From Candidatus Aphodomorpha intestinavium (GTDB lineage: Bacteria > Bacillota > Clostridia > Christensenellales > CAG-138), in assembly GCA_018713965.1 (NCBI GenBank), contig DVNZ01000133.1, forward strand, positions 1 through 29,871: DNA of 29,871 nucleotides. The letters are read 5' to 3'. The position numbers were made by a program, and so were the translations under genes. Of the stretch, positions 1 to 8,697 are shown one piece after another (position 1 is the stretch's first letter; each line of letters begins with the position of its first letter). The notes below the pieces were generated by a model that did not search any database, was not told the DNA's origin, and saw only the letters and a list, made by a program, of their open reading frames with translations.

Positions 1-14
1 GGAGTTTCAAAAAA

Positions 15-1001
15 TCACTCCCACTCAATCGTCCCGCAGGGTTTGGGGGTGAGGTCGTAGAGGACGCGGTTGACGCCGGGCACTTCGCTGGTGATGCGTG
101 CGGTGATGTGCTGCAGCAGGGCGAAGGGCACGTCCTCTACGGTGGCGGTCATGGCGTCGCGGGTGTTGACCGCGCGCAGGATCACCGGGTAGGCGTAGGT
201 GCGCTTGCCGTCCTGCTGCACGCCCACGGACTTGAAGTCGGGCACCACGGTGAAGTACTGCCACACCTTGCCCGCCAGTCCGTTCTTTGCGAACTCCTCG
301 CGCAGGATGGCGTCGGACTCCCGGACGCACGCGAGCCGCTCCCGCGTGATGGCGCCCAGGCAGCGCACCCCCAGCCCGGGGCCGGGAAACGGCTGGCGGT
401 AGACCATGCCGGCGGGCAGGCCCAGCGCCTCGCCCACGACGCGCACCTCGTCCTTATAGAGGAACTTGAGCGGTTCCACCAGCGCAAGGCCCATCCGCTC
501 CGGCAGGCCGCCCACGTTGTGGTGGGCTTTCACGCCCTTCTCGCTCTCCAGAATATCGGGATAGATGGTGCCCTGCGCCAGGAATTCCACGTCCTCGAGC
601 TTCTGCGCCTGCTCCTCAAAGACCTTGATGAACTCCGCGCCGATGATCCGGCGCTTGGTCTCCGGGTCGGCCACGCCGGCGAGCCTGTCCAAAAAGCGGT
701 CGGCCGCGTCCACATAGATGAGGTTGGCGTCCATCTGGCCGCGGAACACCTCCACCACCTGCTCGGGCTCGCCCTTGCGCAGCAGGCCGTGGTTCACATG
801 CACACAGACGAGCTGCTTGCCGACGGCCCGAATGAGCAGCGCGGCCACCACGGAGGAATCCACCCCGCCGGACAGGGCCAGCAGCACCTTCTTCTCCCCC
901 ACCTGACGGCGCACGGCCGCGACCTGTTCCTCGATAAAGGCCAATGCGGCCTCCCTCGTCGTGATCCGCTCCAGCGAAGCGGGGCGCGTGTTCGTATCCA
1001 T
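15..1001 (-). CDS. GMP synthase ATP-pyrophosphatase plus dimerisation domains only (no glutaminase domain); paralog of the upstream guaA
   Basis: SGGVDS PP-loop, [28 protein letters not shown]-terminal KPCGTIEWE. No GATase domain precedes the PP-loop. GGAGG lies 8 nt upstream of the ATG at 1001, so this start is preferred over 1007. Confidence 0.9.
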   Translation of the reverse strand: MDTNTRPASLERITTREAALAFIEEQVAAVRRQVGEKKVLLALSGGVDSSVVAALLIRAVGKQLVCVHVNHGLLRKGEPEQVVEVFRGQMDANLIYVDAADRFLDRLAGVADPETKRRIIGAEFIKVFEEQAQKLEDVEFLAQGTIYPDILESEKGVKAHHNVGGLPERMGLALVEPLKFLYKDEVRVVGEALGLPAGMVYRQPFPGPGLGVRCLGAITRERLACVRESDAILREEFAKNGLAGKVWQYFTVVPDFKSVGVQQDGKRTYAYPVILRAVNTRDAMTATVEDVPFALLQHITARITSEVPGVNRVLYDLTPKPCGTIEWE

Positions 1002-1072
1002 TTGCATATCCTCCCGTTACAATGATCCATCGTTTGCGCGCACAGCGCGCCGTTGCGTTCCGGTGCCCATCC

Positions 1073-2599
1073 TCACAGCCATTCGATCGTGCCGGGAGGC
1101 TTGCTGGTGATGTCGTAGACGACGCGGTTGACGTGCGGCACCTCGGCGATGATGCGCTCGCTGATGCGGCGCAGCAGCGGATAGGGCAGCTCCGCCCATT
1201 CGACGGTCATGGCGTCAGTGGAGGTGACGGCGCGCACGCCGATGGTATAATCGTAGGTGCGCAAATCGCCCATCACGCCCACGCTGCGGATGCCGGTAAA
1301 GACGGTAAAATACTGCCAGATCTGCTCGGCCAGTCCGGCCAGGCGGATCTCCTCGCGCAAAATGGCGTCGCTGCGGCGCAAAATGGCGAGCTTTTCCTCC
1401 GTGATCTCGCCCAGGATGCGTACGGCGAGGCCGGGCCCCGGGAACGGCTGGCGCCACACAAGCTCGTGCGCGATGCCGAGATGCTCGCCCAGCGCGCGCA
1501 CCTCGTCCTTGAAGAGCATGCGCAGCGGCTCCACAAGCCCCTTGAAGCCCACATCCCGGGGCAGGCCGCCGACGTTGTGGTGGCTTTTGATGGTGGCGCC
1601 GGTCTCCGTGCCGCTTTCGATGACGTCCGGATAGATGGTGCCCTGGAGCAGATAGTCCGCGCCGCCGAGCTTTTTTGCCTCCTCCTCGAACACGCGGATG
1701 AACTCCTCGCCGATGATCCTGCGCTTGCGCTCGGGCTCGGTCACGCCGGCGAGGCGGTCGAGAAAGCGCCTGCGCGCGTCCACGGCGACGACGTTGAGGC
1801 GGAGCTTGTCGCGGTAGAAGCCGAGCACCTCCTCAGCCTCATTCTCGCGCAGCAGGCCGTGATCCACAAAGATGCAGGTGAGCCGGTCGCCCACGGCGCG
1901 GTGCACCAGCACGCTGGCGACGGAGGAATCCACCCCGCCGGAGAGCGCGCCCAGCACGCGCGCGTCACCCACCTGCGCGCGCACCTGGTCGATGAGCGCA
2001 TCGGAAAGACCCGCGACGCTGTAGGTGCAGGCGCAGCCGCAGATGTTCTGAAGGAAGTTGCGGAAGATGCGCTCGCCCTGCGGCGTATGCGCCACCTCCG
2101 CATGGAACTGGATGCCGTAGAGGCGGCGCGCATCGTCGGCAAAGGCGGCGATGGGGCAGTGCTCCGTGGCGGCGATGGTGTGGAAGCCCTGCGGCAACGC
2201 GAGCACCGCGTCGTTGTGCGTCATCCAGACGGTTTCGCTGTCCACGCCGGCAAAGAGCGGGCTTTTGGCAAAGCGGATGGCGGTGCGGCCAAACTCGCGC
2301 ACGGGCGCCTCGCCCACGCGGCCGCCCAGCTGCTGCGCCATCAGCTGCATGCCGTAGCACACGCCCAGCACGGGCACGCCCAGCTCGAACACGCCCGGGT
2401 CGCAGCGCTTGGCGCCTTCCCAATAGGCGCTGTCCGGCCCGCCGGAGAGGATGACGCCCGAGAGCGCGTCGCCCCGGATGCGGGAGAGCGGCGCGTTGTA
2501 CGGCAGCAGCTCGGAAAAGACGCCCGCCTCGCGCACGCGGCGCGCGATGAGCTGGTTATACTGCGCGCCAAAGTCGAGCACCACGATGCGCTCAGGCAT
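1073..2599 (-). CDS. guaA: GMP synthase (glutamine-hydrolysing), full length
   Basis: [21 protein letters not shown] (catalytic Cys), QFHAE (His/Glu), [30 protein letters not shown] lies 6 nt upstream of the ATG at 2599, which overlaps the xpt stop. Confidence 0.97.
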   Translation of the reverse strand: MPERIVVLDFGAQYNQLIARRVREAGVFSELLPYNAPLSRIRGDALSGVILSGGPDSAYWEGAKRCDPGVFELGVPVLGVCYGMQLMAQQLGGRVGEAPVREFGRTAIRFAKSPLFAGVDSETVWMTHNDAVLALPQGFHTIAATEHCPIAAFADDARRLYGIQFHAEVAHTPQGERIFRNFLQNICGCACTYSVAGLSDALIDQVRAQVGDARVLGALSGGVDSSVASVLVHRAVGDRLTCIFVDHGLLRENEAEEVLGFYRDKLRLNVVAVDARRRFLDRLAGVTEPERKRRIIGEEFIRVFEEEAKKLGGADYLLQGTIYPDVIESGTETGATIKSHHNVGGLPRDVGFKGLVEPLRMLFKDEVRALGEHLGIAHELVWRQPFPGPGLAVRILGEITEEKLAILRRSDAILREEIRLAGLAEQIWQYFTVFTGIRSVGVMGDLRTYDYTIGVRAVTSTDAMTVEWAELPYPLLRRISERIIAEVPHVNRVVYDITSKPPGTIEWL

Positions 2600-3179
2600 C
2601 GCCGTCCTCCTCGCGGAAAACGAAGCCGTTCTCATCCGCCGCGTCGATGATGGCCAGGGACTTGAGGTTGTAGCCGGATTCGCGCAGGCGGCGGCCGCCG
2701 GGCTGGAAGCCCTTCTCCACCGCGACGCCGATGCCGACCAGTTCCGCCCCCGCCTGCCCGACGATCTCCACCAGGCCGCGCAGCGCCTCGCCGTTGGCGA
2801 GGAAATCATCCACGATCAGCACGCGGTCATCCCTGCCGAGCCACTGGCGCGAGACGAGCAGGGTCACCTTCTTTTTATAGGTATACGAAAAGATCTCGCT
2901 CTGGTACAGGCCGCCCTCGATGTTGTCCGACTTGGCCTTTTTGGCGAACACCAGCGGCACGCCGAACTCCTCGGCGCAGATCGTAGCCAGCGGGATGCCG
3001 CTCGCCTCGACGGTGAGCACGGCCGTCAGCCCCTCCGTGGGGAACAGGCGCTTGAACTCGTGCGCGATCTCGCGCAGCAGCGCGGTATCCACACGGTGGT
3101 TCAAAAACCCGTCCACCTTGACGATGTTGCCCGGGAGCACTTTGCCGTCCCGTCTGATCCTCTCTTGCAGCAGGCGCAT
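2592..3179 (-). CDS. xpt: xanthine phosphoribosyltransferase
   Basis: [32 protein letters not shown] (PRPP motif), [17 protein letters not shown] upstream of the ATG at 3179. Confidence 0.93.
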   Translation of the reverse strand: MRLLQERIRRDGKVLPGNIVKVDGFLNHRVDTALLREIAHEFKRLFPTEGLTAVLTVEASGIPLATICAEEFGVPLVFAKKAKSDNIEGGLYQSEIFSYTYKKKVTLLVSRQWLGRDDRVLIVDDFLANGEALRGLVEIVGQAGAELVGIGVAVEKGFQPGGRRLRESGYNLKSLAIIDAADENGFVFREEDGDA

Positions 3180-3233
3180 GCCTTGGCTTCTCCTTTCGTC
3201 GTACGCTGTCGTATCCTGCGTACCATGGTTTCT

Positions 3234-3262
3234 ATTATCGCGCATCGCGGCTTTGGAATCAA
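3234..3262 (-). promoter_or_regulatory. sigma-A-type promoter for xpt-guaA
   Basis: TTGATT-17 nt-GATAAT on the minus strand, about 50 nt upstream of xpt. Confidence 0.6.
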
Positions 3263-3353
3263 GGGGGGCGGCGTCAAAATTCATCGTCCCGCGCGCACGC
3301 GCCCCGCCCCGCCGCGGCGCCGGAAACGCGCGGACTTTTGCCGAAAGTTTCCC

Positions 3354-3382
3354 TTGCATTTATGGTGCGCATGTGTTAGAAT
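3354..3382 (+). promoter_or_regulatory. sigma-A-type promoter (extended -10) for rpsT
   Basis: TTGCAT-17 nt-TAGAAT with TGn before the -10. Confidence 0.7.
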
Positions 3383-3427
3383 GGTCGTCGGTTAAAATTT
3401 GCATCTTGCACACAGGGGGTGAATGAT

Positions 3428-3691
3428 TTGGCAAACATCAAGTCCGCCATGAAGCGGGTCAAGGTGACTGAGAAGCAGAACCTGCGCAACCGCATGGTCA
3501 AGTCCGCGCTCAAGACCTCCATCCGCCGCTATGACGAGGCGCTGCAGTCCGGCGACAAGGACGCGGCCGAAAAGGCGTACGTCCATGCCGTGAGCACGGT
3601 CGACAAGGCCGCCGCCAAGGGCGTGATCCACAAGAACACCGCCAGCCGCAAAAAGGCGCAGCTGGCCGTCAAGCGCGCGCAGGCGATCTGA
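3428..3691 (+). CDS. rpsT: 30S ribosomal protein S20
   Basis: ANIKSAMKRVKVTEKQNLRN...KGVIHKNTASRKKA. TTG start at 3428 after GGGGGTGA. Confidence 0.97.
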   Translation: MANIKSAMKRVKVTEKQNLRNRMVKSALKTSIRRYDEALQSGDKDAAEKAYVHAVSTVDKAAAKGVIHKNTASRKKAQLAVKRAQAI

Positions 3692-3729
3692 CCCCCTGCA
3701 TCTCAGCTCAGCTTTCGATGCAATTGCAG

Positions 3730-3772
3730 CGGGAGGGAAGTGCCTAAGGGCATTCCCTCCCGTTCTTTTTTT
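3730..3772 (+). terminator. Rho-independent terminator of rpsT
   Basis: Stem CGGGAGGGAA/TTCCCTCCCG plus inner TGCC/GGCA, followed by TTCTTTTTTT. Confidence 0.85.
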
Positions 3773-3855
3773 GCCTTTCATTTTTGCGCCCTGCGCTTCC
3801 ACGGCCCGCGGCCGTCCGTTTGCCCGCCCTGGGGATTGCGCGGGCCCGCGGCGCG

Positions 3856-4695
3856 TCAGAGCGCGCACAGCCGCTCCAGCTCGCCCCAGACAAAGGCGCG
3901 GTAGGCGGCGTCCTGCGCGAGCGCGTCATAATACCAGGTGTAGAACTGCACCATCCACCAGCGGACGGCCGCCCGGTCGCAATTACCATAGCCGTCGAGA
4001 AAACGGTCGATCTGCCCGGGCGTATCGAGAAACGCCTGCCCCGGGCGGCGCAGCAACGCCCACGCGATATCGCGCGACGGGTCGCCCATGCCGGCCAGCT
4101 CAAAATCAAGGATGCCGGAGAGCCGCCCACCCTCCCAGAGGAGGTTGGCGTAATGGAAATCGCCGTGGCAAAAGCACGGCGGCGACGGCGGCGGCCGGCG
4201 CGCGAGCAGATAGGCGCGCACGTCCTCAAGGCCGTTGTCCGCAAAAAACGCCCCGTCGCGCAGGCAAAAGACCTGCCTCTCCCGCATCGCCGGGAACGCG
4301 CCGGACGCGCCGTGCAGCCGCGCGAGCGCGCGGCCGTAGGCGGGCAGGTAGTCGCAGGGCGAGGCGTGCGGATTTCCTTGCAGGATGGTCGAAAGCCGCT
4401 CCCCCGGCTTGGCGAGCGTGACGAGGAAGCGCCCGCCGCGCGCGTCATAATCGATGACCTCCGGCGCGAGCGGACATTCCAGCGCGGCGAGGACGGCGAG
4501 CTCGTTGCAAACGCCCGCGCCGCTGCGGCGCGCGACCTTGACATACGCCTCCACCAGGCGGCCGCGGTACAGGCCGCGCATCTGGAACACGTCGTTACCC
4601 GCGTGCGGGCAGCCGAGCACCTCCACCGGCTCAAAGCTGCGGTAGGGCAGGGCGAACGGGTCGGCCGTCGCGCGCCATTTTGCCGGATGCTGCAC
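3856..4695 (-). CDS. aminoglycoside phosphotransferase / choline kinase-like (APH/ChoK fold) protein, substrate unknown
   Basis: AYVKVAR (ATP-binding Lys), Brenner motif HGDFHYANLL, ILDFE, GDPSRDIA. Probable GTG start at 4695 after GGGAAGGGGG. Only the C-terminal 279 aa of the 987-aa track ORF look real. Confidence 0.8.
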   Translation of the reverse strand: MQHPAKWRATADPFALPYRSFEPVEVLGCPHAGNDVFQMRGLYRGRLVEAYVKVARRSGAGVCNELAVLAALECPLAPEVIDYDARGGRFLVTLAKPGERLSTILQGNPHASPCDYLPAYGRALARLHGASGAFPAMRERQVFCLRDGAFFADNGLEDVRAYLLARRPPPSPPCFCHGDFHYANLLWEGGRLSGILDFELAGMGDPSRDIAWALLRRPGQAFLDTPGQIDRFLDGYGNCDRAAVRWWMVQFYTWYYDALAQDAAYRAFVWGELERLCAL

Positions 4696-4737
4696 CCGCG
4701 CCCCCTTCCCGGCCGCATCTAAGGCCGCGTTTTCCCC

Positions 4738-4766
4738 AGTATACCACGCGGCGGGCGGCGTGAAAA
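4738..4766 (-). promoter_or_regulatory. sigma-A-type extended -10 promoter for the APH-like gene
   Basis: TTTTCA-17 nt-TATACT with TGn. Confidence 0.55.
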
Positions 4767-4773
4767 CCCGCTC

Positions 4774-4802
4774 TTGCTTTCGCGCGTTAAAGCGTATACA
4801 AT
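4774..4802 (+). promoter_or_regulatory. sigma-A-type promoter for yerC-rqcH-rdgB
   Basis: TTGCTT-17 nt-TACAAT, about 20 nt upstream of the yerC start. Confidence 0.65.
4775..4794. promoter_or_regulatory. candidate YerC/HisR-type operator palindrome
   Basis: TGCTTT-CGCGCGTT-AAAGCG (GCTTT-N8-AAAGC) overlaps the -35 and spacer of the yerC promoter. The geometry matches the CTTTA-N6-TAAAG HisR motif as I recall it. Confidence 0.45.
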
Positions 4803-4821
4803 GGAAAGCGAGGTGATGACC

Positions 4822-5127
4822 ATGGCGGCCTATGAATCCCGGCTGCGCTCCGACGAGCTGGACGCGCTGTTCGACGCGATGCTCCTGCTGCGCGACCGGA
4901 GCGAATGTTACCGCTTTTTTGAGGATGTGTGCACCATATCGGAGCTCAAGTCCATCGCGCAGCGCTTCGGCGTGGCCCAAAAGCTGGACGAGGGCGTGAC
5001 CTACCAGGAGATCTCCCAGCAGCTGGGCGCCTCCACGGCGACCATCAGCCGCGTGAACCGCGCGCTCGCCTACGGCGCGGGCGGCTACCGGCTGCTGCTG
5101 GACCGCATGAAGCGGAAGGAGGAGTGA
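4822..5127 (+). CDS. yerC: YerC/YecD family TrpR-related regulator (HisR-like)
   Basis: ECYRFFEDVCTISELKSIAQRF...TYQEISQQLGASTATISRVNRAL.YG.GGY. GAGGTGA upstream of the ATG at 4822. Confidence 0.9.
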   Translation: MAAYESRLRSDELDALFDAMLLLRDRSECYRFFEDVCTISELKSIAQRFGVAQKLDEGVTYQEISQQLGASTATISRVNRALAYGAGGYRLLLDRMKRKEE

Positions 5128-5130
5128 CGC

Positions 5131-6831
5131 ATGGCCATGGACGGGCTGGCGCTGCACGCCGTCCGCTGCGAGCTGCTGCCGCTCATCGGCGGCCGGATCG
5201 AGCGCGTGCAGCAGCCGGATCGGGACGCGCTGGTGCTGACGGTGCGGCAGGCCGGGCAGAACCACCGCCTGCTGCTCTCGGCGCACGCGGAAAACGGCCG
5301 CGTGCAGCTGACGCGGCAATCGCCCCCGAACCCGCCGGAGCCGCCGATGTTCTGCATGCTGCTCAGGCGCCGCCTCACGGGCGGGCGGCTGACGCAGATC
5401 CGCCAGCGCGGCCTGGACCGCGTGCTGACGCTCGTGATCGAGGCGTACGACGAGCTGGGTGACCTTACGGCGTTGCAGCTGGTCGTGGAGCTGATGGGCA
5501 AGCACTCCAACATCATCCTCGTGCAGCCGGACGGCGCCGTGGCCGACTGCATCCGCCATGTGGGGCCGCAGATGTCCTCCGTGCGGACGCTGCTGCCCGG
5601 CAGCGCGTTTCGGGAAGCGCCCGTGCAGGACAAGCGCGACCCGCTGCAGGCGGGCGCGGAGGAGCTGGGCGACGCGCTGCGCGCGCCCGATCCGGTCCGG
5701 GCGCTGGCGGCCCGCTACCAGGGCCTCTCGCGCGCGACGCTCGAGGCGCTGCTCACAGAGGGCATGGACGGCGCGGCGCTGTGCGCGCGCATGGCCGCGT
5801 TTGGCAGGGGCGAGTTCTCGCCCACGCTTGTGGAAAACCAATTCGGCGAACCGGCGGCCGTGTTCCCGTTCACGCCCGCGGACACGGGCGGCGCGCTGAC
5901 GCGCTGCGCGAGCATGTCCGAGGCGTACGACCGCTTCTATGAGAAGCGGGATATGCTCGTGCGCATCGCGCGCCAGGGCGCGCGGCTGCGCCGCACGCTC
6001 GAGAGCGCGCTCGGCCGCGCGCAGCGCAAGCTGGCCGCCTACCGTGAGGCGCTCCAGAACGAGGCGGCCTGCGACCGGCTGCGGCTCTACGGCGAGCTGG
6101 TCACGGCGAACCTGCACGCCATCCGGCGCGGACAGAGCGCCCTGACGGCGGAAAACTATTACGCCGACCCGCCGGAGCCGTGCACCGTCCCGCTCGACCC
6201 GCTGCTCAGCGGCAGCGACAACGCGCAGCGCTACTTCCGCCAATACCGCAAAAGCCGCGCCGCGCGCGCCTATGCCGAGGGAAAGATCGCCGAGGTGGAG
6301 GCCGAGGCCGCCTATCTGGAGGGGCAGCTGGACAACCTTGGCAAATGCGATGAGCTGGCCGACCTCGACGAGATCGCCGAGGAGCTCACGCGCGAGGGAT
6401 ACCTGCGCCCGGAGCGCAGGGGCGCGAGCCGCCCGCGCGCCGCATCGCGGCCGATGCGCTTCCTCTCGCCGGACGGCGTGGCGCTCCAGGTGGGAAAAAA
6501 CAACCGCCAGAACGACGCGCTGACGCTGCGCGCCGGCGGCGAGCAGTACTGGCTGCACGCAAAGAACATCCCCGGCTCGCATGTGATCGTGGAGCTTGCG
6601 GGCGAGCCGCCGGCCGATACGCTCTACGCCGCGGCGCAGCTGGCCGCCTACTACAGCCGGGCGCGCCAGAGCGCCTCCGTGCCGGTGGACTATACGCCGC
6701 GCAAGTTTGTCAAAAAGCCGTCCGGCGCGCGCGCCGGCATGGTCATCTACACCACCAACCGCACCCTGTACGTCACGCCGGACGAGGCGTACATCCGGTC
6801 GCTCAAACGGGAGGATCAACCGACGCCATGA
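5131..6831 (+). CDS. rqcH: Rqc2 homolog RqcH (NFACT / FbpA family), ribosome-associated quality control
   Basis: N-terminal MAMDG, ELMGKHSNIILV, central coiled coil, DNAQRYFRQYRK, NFACT-R VGKNNRQND and WLHAKNIPGSHV, VPVDYT.RKFVKKP. Confidence 0.93.
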   Translation: MAMDGLALHAVRCELLPLIGGRIERVQQPDRDALVLTVRQAGQNHRLLLSAHAENGRVQLTRQSPPNPPEPPMFCMLLRRRLTGGRLTQIRQRGLDRVLTLVIEAYDELGDLTALQLVVELMGKHSNIILVQPDGAVADCIRHVGPQMSSVRTLLPGSAFREAPVQDKRDPLQAGAEELGDALRAPDPVRALAARYQGLSRATLEALLTEGMDGAALCARMAAFGRGEFSPTLVENQFGEPAAVFPFTPADTGGALTRCASMSEAYDRFYEKRDMLVRIARQGARLRRTLESALGRAQRKLAAYREALQNEAACDRLRLYGELVTANLHAIRRGQSALTAENYYADPPEPCTVPLDPLLSGSDNAQRYFRQYRKSRAARAYAEGKIAEVEAEAAYLEGQLDNLGKCDELADLDEIAEELTREGYLRPERRGASRPRAASRPMRFLSPDGVALQVGKNNRQNDALTLRAGGEQYWLHAKNIPGSHVIVELAGEPPADTLYAAAQLAAYYSRARQSASVPVDYTPRKFVKKPSGARAGMVIYTTNRTLYVTPDEAYIRSLKREDQPTP

Positions 6832-7439
6832 AGCTCATCATCGCAACGAACAACGCGCACAAGGCGCAGGAGATCCGCCAGATCCTGGCGGACAGCTTCT
6901 CCGCGCTCGATACGCTCCGCGAGGCGGGGCTTGCCATCGAGGTCGTGGAGGACGGGGCGACGTTTGCCGAAAACGCCGTAAAAAAGGCCGAGCAGGTGCT
7001 CGCCGCCGCGCCGGGGTACGACGCGGCGCTCTCGGACGACAGCGGCCTCGCCGTGGACGCGCTCGGCGGCGCGCCGGGCGTGTACAGCGCGCGCTATGCG
7101 GGGCCGCAGCACGACGACGCGGACAACAACCGCAAGCTGATGGCCGATATGGCCGGCGTGCCGGACGGGCAGCGCGGCTGCCGCTTTGTCTGCGCGGTGG
7201 CGCTGGCGCGCCGCGGCCGGCCGACCGTCACGGCCGAGGGCGCCTGCGAGGGCGTGCTGCTGCGCGCGCCGCGCGGCGAGAACGGCTTTGGCTACGACCC
7301 GTATTTCTATTACCCGCCCGCCGGGCGGACGTTTGCCGAACTGACGGGCGAGGCGAAGAATGCCGTGAGCCACCGCCGCCGTGCGCTCGAATCGCTGCGG
7401 GCGCTGCTTGCGCAGGAGCGGAGACAGCGCGGCGCATAG
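6828..7439 (+). CDS. rdgB: non-canonical purine NTP pyrophosphatase (XTP/dITP diphosphatase)
   Basis: IATNNAHK, EDGATFAENAVKKA, DDSGL.VDALGGAPGVYSARY, GFGYDPYF, KNAVSHR. ATGA overlap with rqcH. Confidence 0.95.
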   Translation: MKLIIATNNAHKAQEIRQILADSFSALDTLREAGLAIEVVEDGATFAENAVKKAEQVLAAAPGYDAALSDDSGLAVDALGGAPGVYSARYAGPQHDDADNNRKLMADMAGVPDGQRGCRFVCAVALARRGRPTVTAEGACEGVLLRAPRGENGFGYDPYFYYPPAGRTFAELTGEAKNAVSHRRRALESLRALLAQERRQRGA

Positions 7440-7586
7440 GGCTATGCGGCGCTTTTCCCAAAGGGCGGCACGCGGCGCATTTTAAGGAAGCGGCGGCGCG
7501 CCGCGCGGGCGGGCCCGCGCCGTGCAAAGCGGCGCGCGCGGGAGATGAACAGCGGGATGGGGAACGAACAAAGGAGGGAGCGCGGC

Positions 7587-8051
7587 ATGCGGATCGCCGT
7601 CTTTTCCGACACGCACGGCAATCTCAGCCGCCTGCCGGCGGCGCAGGCGCGGCTTGGGCGGGTGGACGCCGTCATCCACCTGGGCGACCACTGCCGCGAC
7701 GCGGAGCGCATCGCCCGCGCGTTCGGCGCGCCCTGCCTCGCGGTGCGCGGCAACTGCGACATCGGCGCGGACGCGCCGCTGCTGCGCGTGGCGGAGCTGG
7801 GCGGCGCGCGGCTGCTGTGCGTGCACGGGCACCTCGTGCCGGGCCCGGACGCGCTCAGCTACCGGGCGGAACAGGAGCGCTGCGGCGCAGCGCTCTTTGG
7901 CCATACGCATATCCAGTGGATCGAGACGCGCGGCGGCGTGCTGCTGGTCAACCCCGGCAGCCTGTCGCGCCCGCGCGGCGGGAGCCCGTGCGGCTGCGCG
8001 CTGCTCACCATCGAGCAGGGCGCAATCCGCGCTCAGCCCATCGCGCTCTGA
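7587..8051 (+). CDS. YfcE/MJ0936-family metallophosphoesterase (YsnB-like)
   Basis: SDTHG, HLGD, VRGNCD, HGH, FGHTH, NPGS. AGGAGG upstream of the ATG at 7587. Confidence 0.9.
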   Translation: MRIAVFSDTHGNLSRLPAAQARLGRVDAVIHLGDHCRDAERIARAFGAPCLAVRGNCDIGADAPLLRVAELGGARLLCVHGHLVPGPDALSYRAEQERCGAALFGHTHIQWIETRGGVLLVNPGSLSRPRGGSPCGCALLTIEQGAIRAQPIAL

Positions 8052-8683
8052 TCCGCATCCTCCAGCGCTTCGCCGTCCGCCAGGCCGGCGAAGCGCTCGT
8101 ACTCGGGCAGCTCGGCGAGCGAGTGCAGCCCGAAGCGGCGCAAGAACGCATCCGTCGTGCCCAGCAGCGCCGGCCGGCCCACCGTATCGCGGTGGCCCAC
8201 CGTCTGCACAAGGCCCAGCTTTTGCAGCTGGCCCACCGCATACTCGCAGCGCACGCCGCGCACGGCCTCGATATCGCCGCGCGTGACCGGCTGCCGGTAG
8301 GCGATGATGGCGAGCGTCTCCAGCAGGGACTGCGACACGCTGCGCGTGCGCTCCGGCTGGAGCAGCGCCTCCACATCTGCCGCATAGGCGGGGTTGCTGA
8401 CCAGTTGCGCCGTCTCCTCCGTGACGAGCGGATACACGCCCGCGCCCGCGGCGCGGCACTCCGCCTCCATCTCCCGCAGCAGTTCCCGCACCCGTTTCGC
8501 CGGCAGCGCGAGCACGCGCGCCAGCTCCGATACGGGCACCGGATCACCCGCCACGAACAGCATGCACGCCAGGCGATGCCTGAGCGGCGCGGCCGCCTCT
8601 GTCCGCGGCCGTCCTTCCCCTGCCTGCGGCGCTGCGGCCGCGGCCTGCGCCTGCCGGCTTTCCGGCGGCGTCCTGTTTTCCAC
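8033..8683 (-). CDS. scpB: SMC-Scp complex subunit ScpB
   Basis: LFVAGDPV, SLLETLAIIAYRQPVTRGDIEAVRGV, GRPALLGTTDAFLRRFGL..L.ELP. Start (GTG 8683) is uncertain because of an Ala-rich N-terminal extension. Confidence 0.92.
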   Translation of the reverse strand: MENRTPPESRQAQAAAAAPQAGEGRPRTEAAAPLRHRLACMLFVAGDPVPVSELARVLALPAKRVRELLREMEAECRAAGAGVYPLVTEETAQLVSNPAYAADVEALLQPERTRSVSQSLLETLAIIAYRQPVTRGDIEAVRGVRCEYAVGQLQKLGLVQTVGHRDTVGRPALLGTTDAFLRRFGLHSLAELPEYERFAGLADGEALEDADQSAMG

Positions 8684-8697
8684 TCCGTTTCCCCCCT

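Noticed and set aside
3180-3420. Purine riboswitch upstream of xpt
   Set aside because: No aptamer-like sequence on the minus strand, and the predicted leader is too short
3856-4695. Acquired aminoglycoside-resistance gene
   Set aside because: No IS, integrase or evident compositional anomaly nearby, and the APH/ChoK fold covers many non-resistance kinases
4696-6819. 987-aa minus-strand ORF 3856..6819 as one giant protein
   Set aside because: Only the C-terminal 279 aa have APH motifs. The rest is antisense to yerC and rqcH and runs through a promoter region, a typical stop-poor shadow frame in high-GC DNA.
7433-7448. Palindrome CGCATAG-GG-CTATGCG over the rdgB stop codon
   Set aside because: Single 7-bp inverted repeat with no clear promoter nearby and no second copy; could be chance
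7459-7470. 12-mer CAAAGGGCGGCA shared with the recN-spoIVB gap (15480-15491, minus strand)
   Set aside because: One shared GC-rich 12-mer among several kb of intergenic DNA is roughly what chance predicts, and the match does not extend
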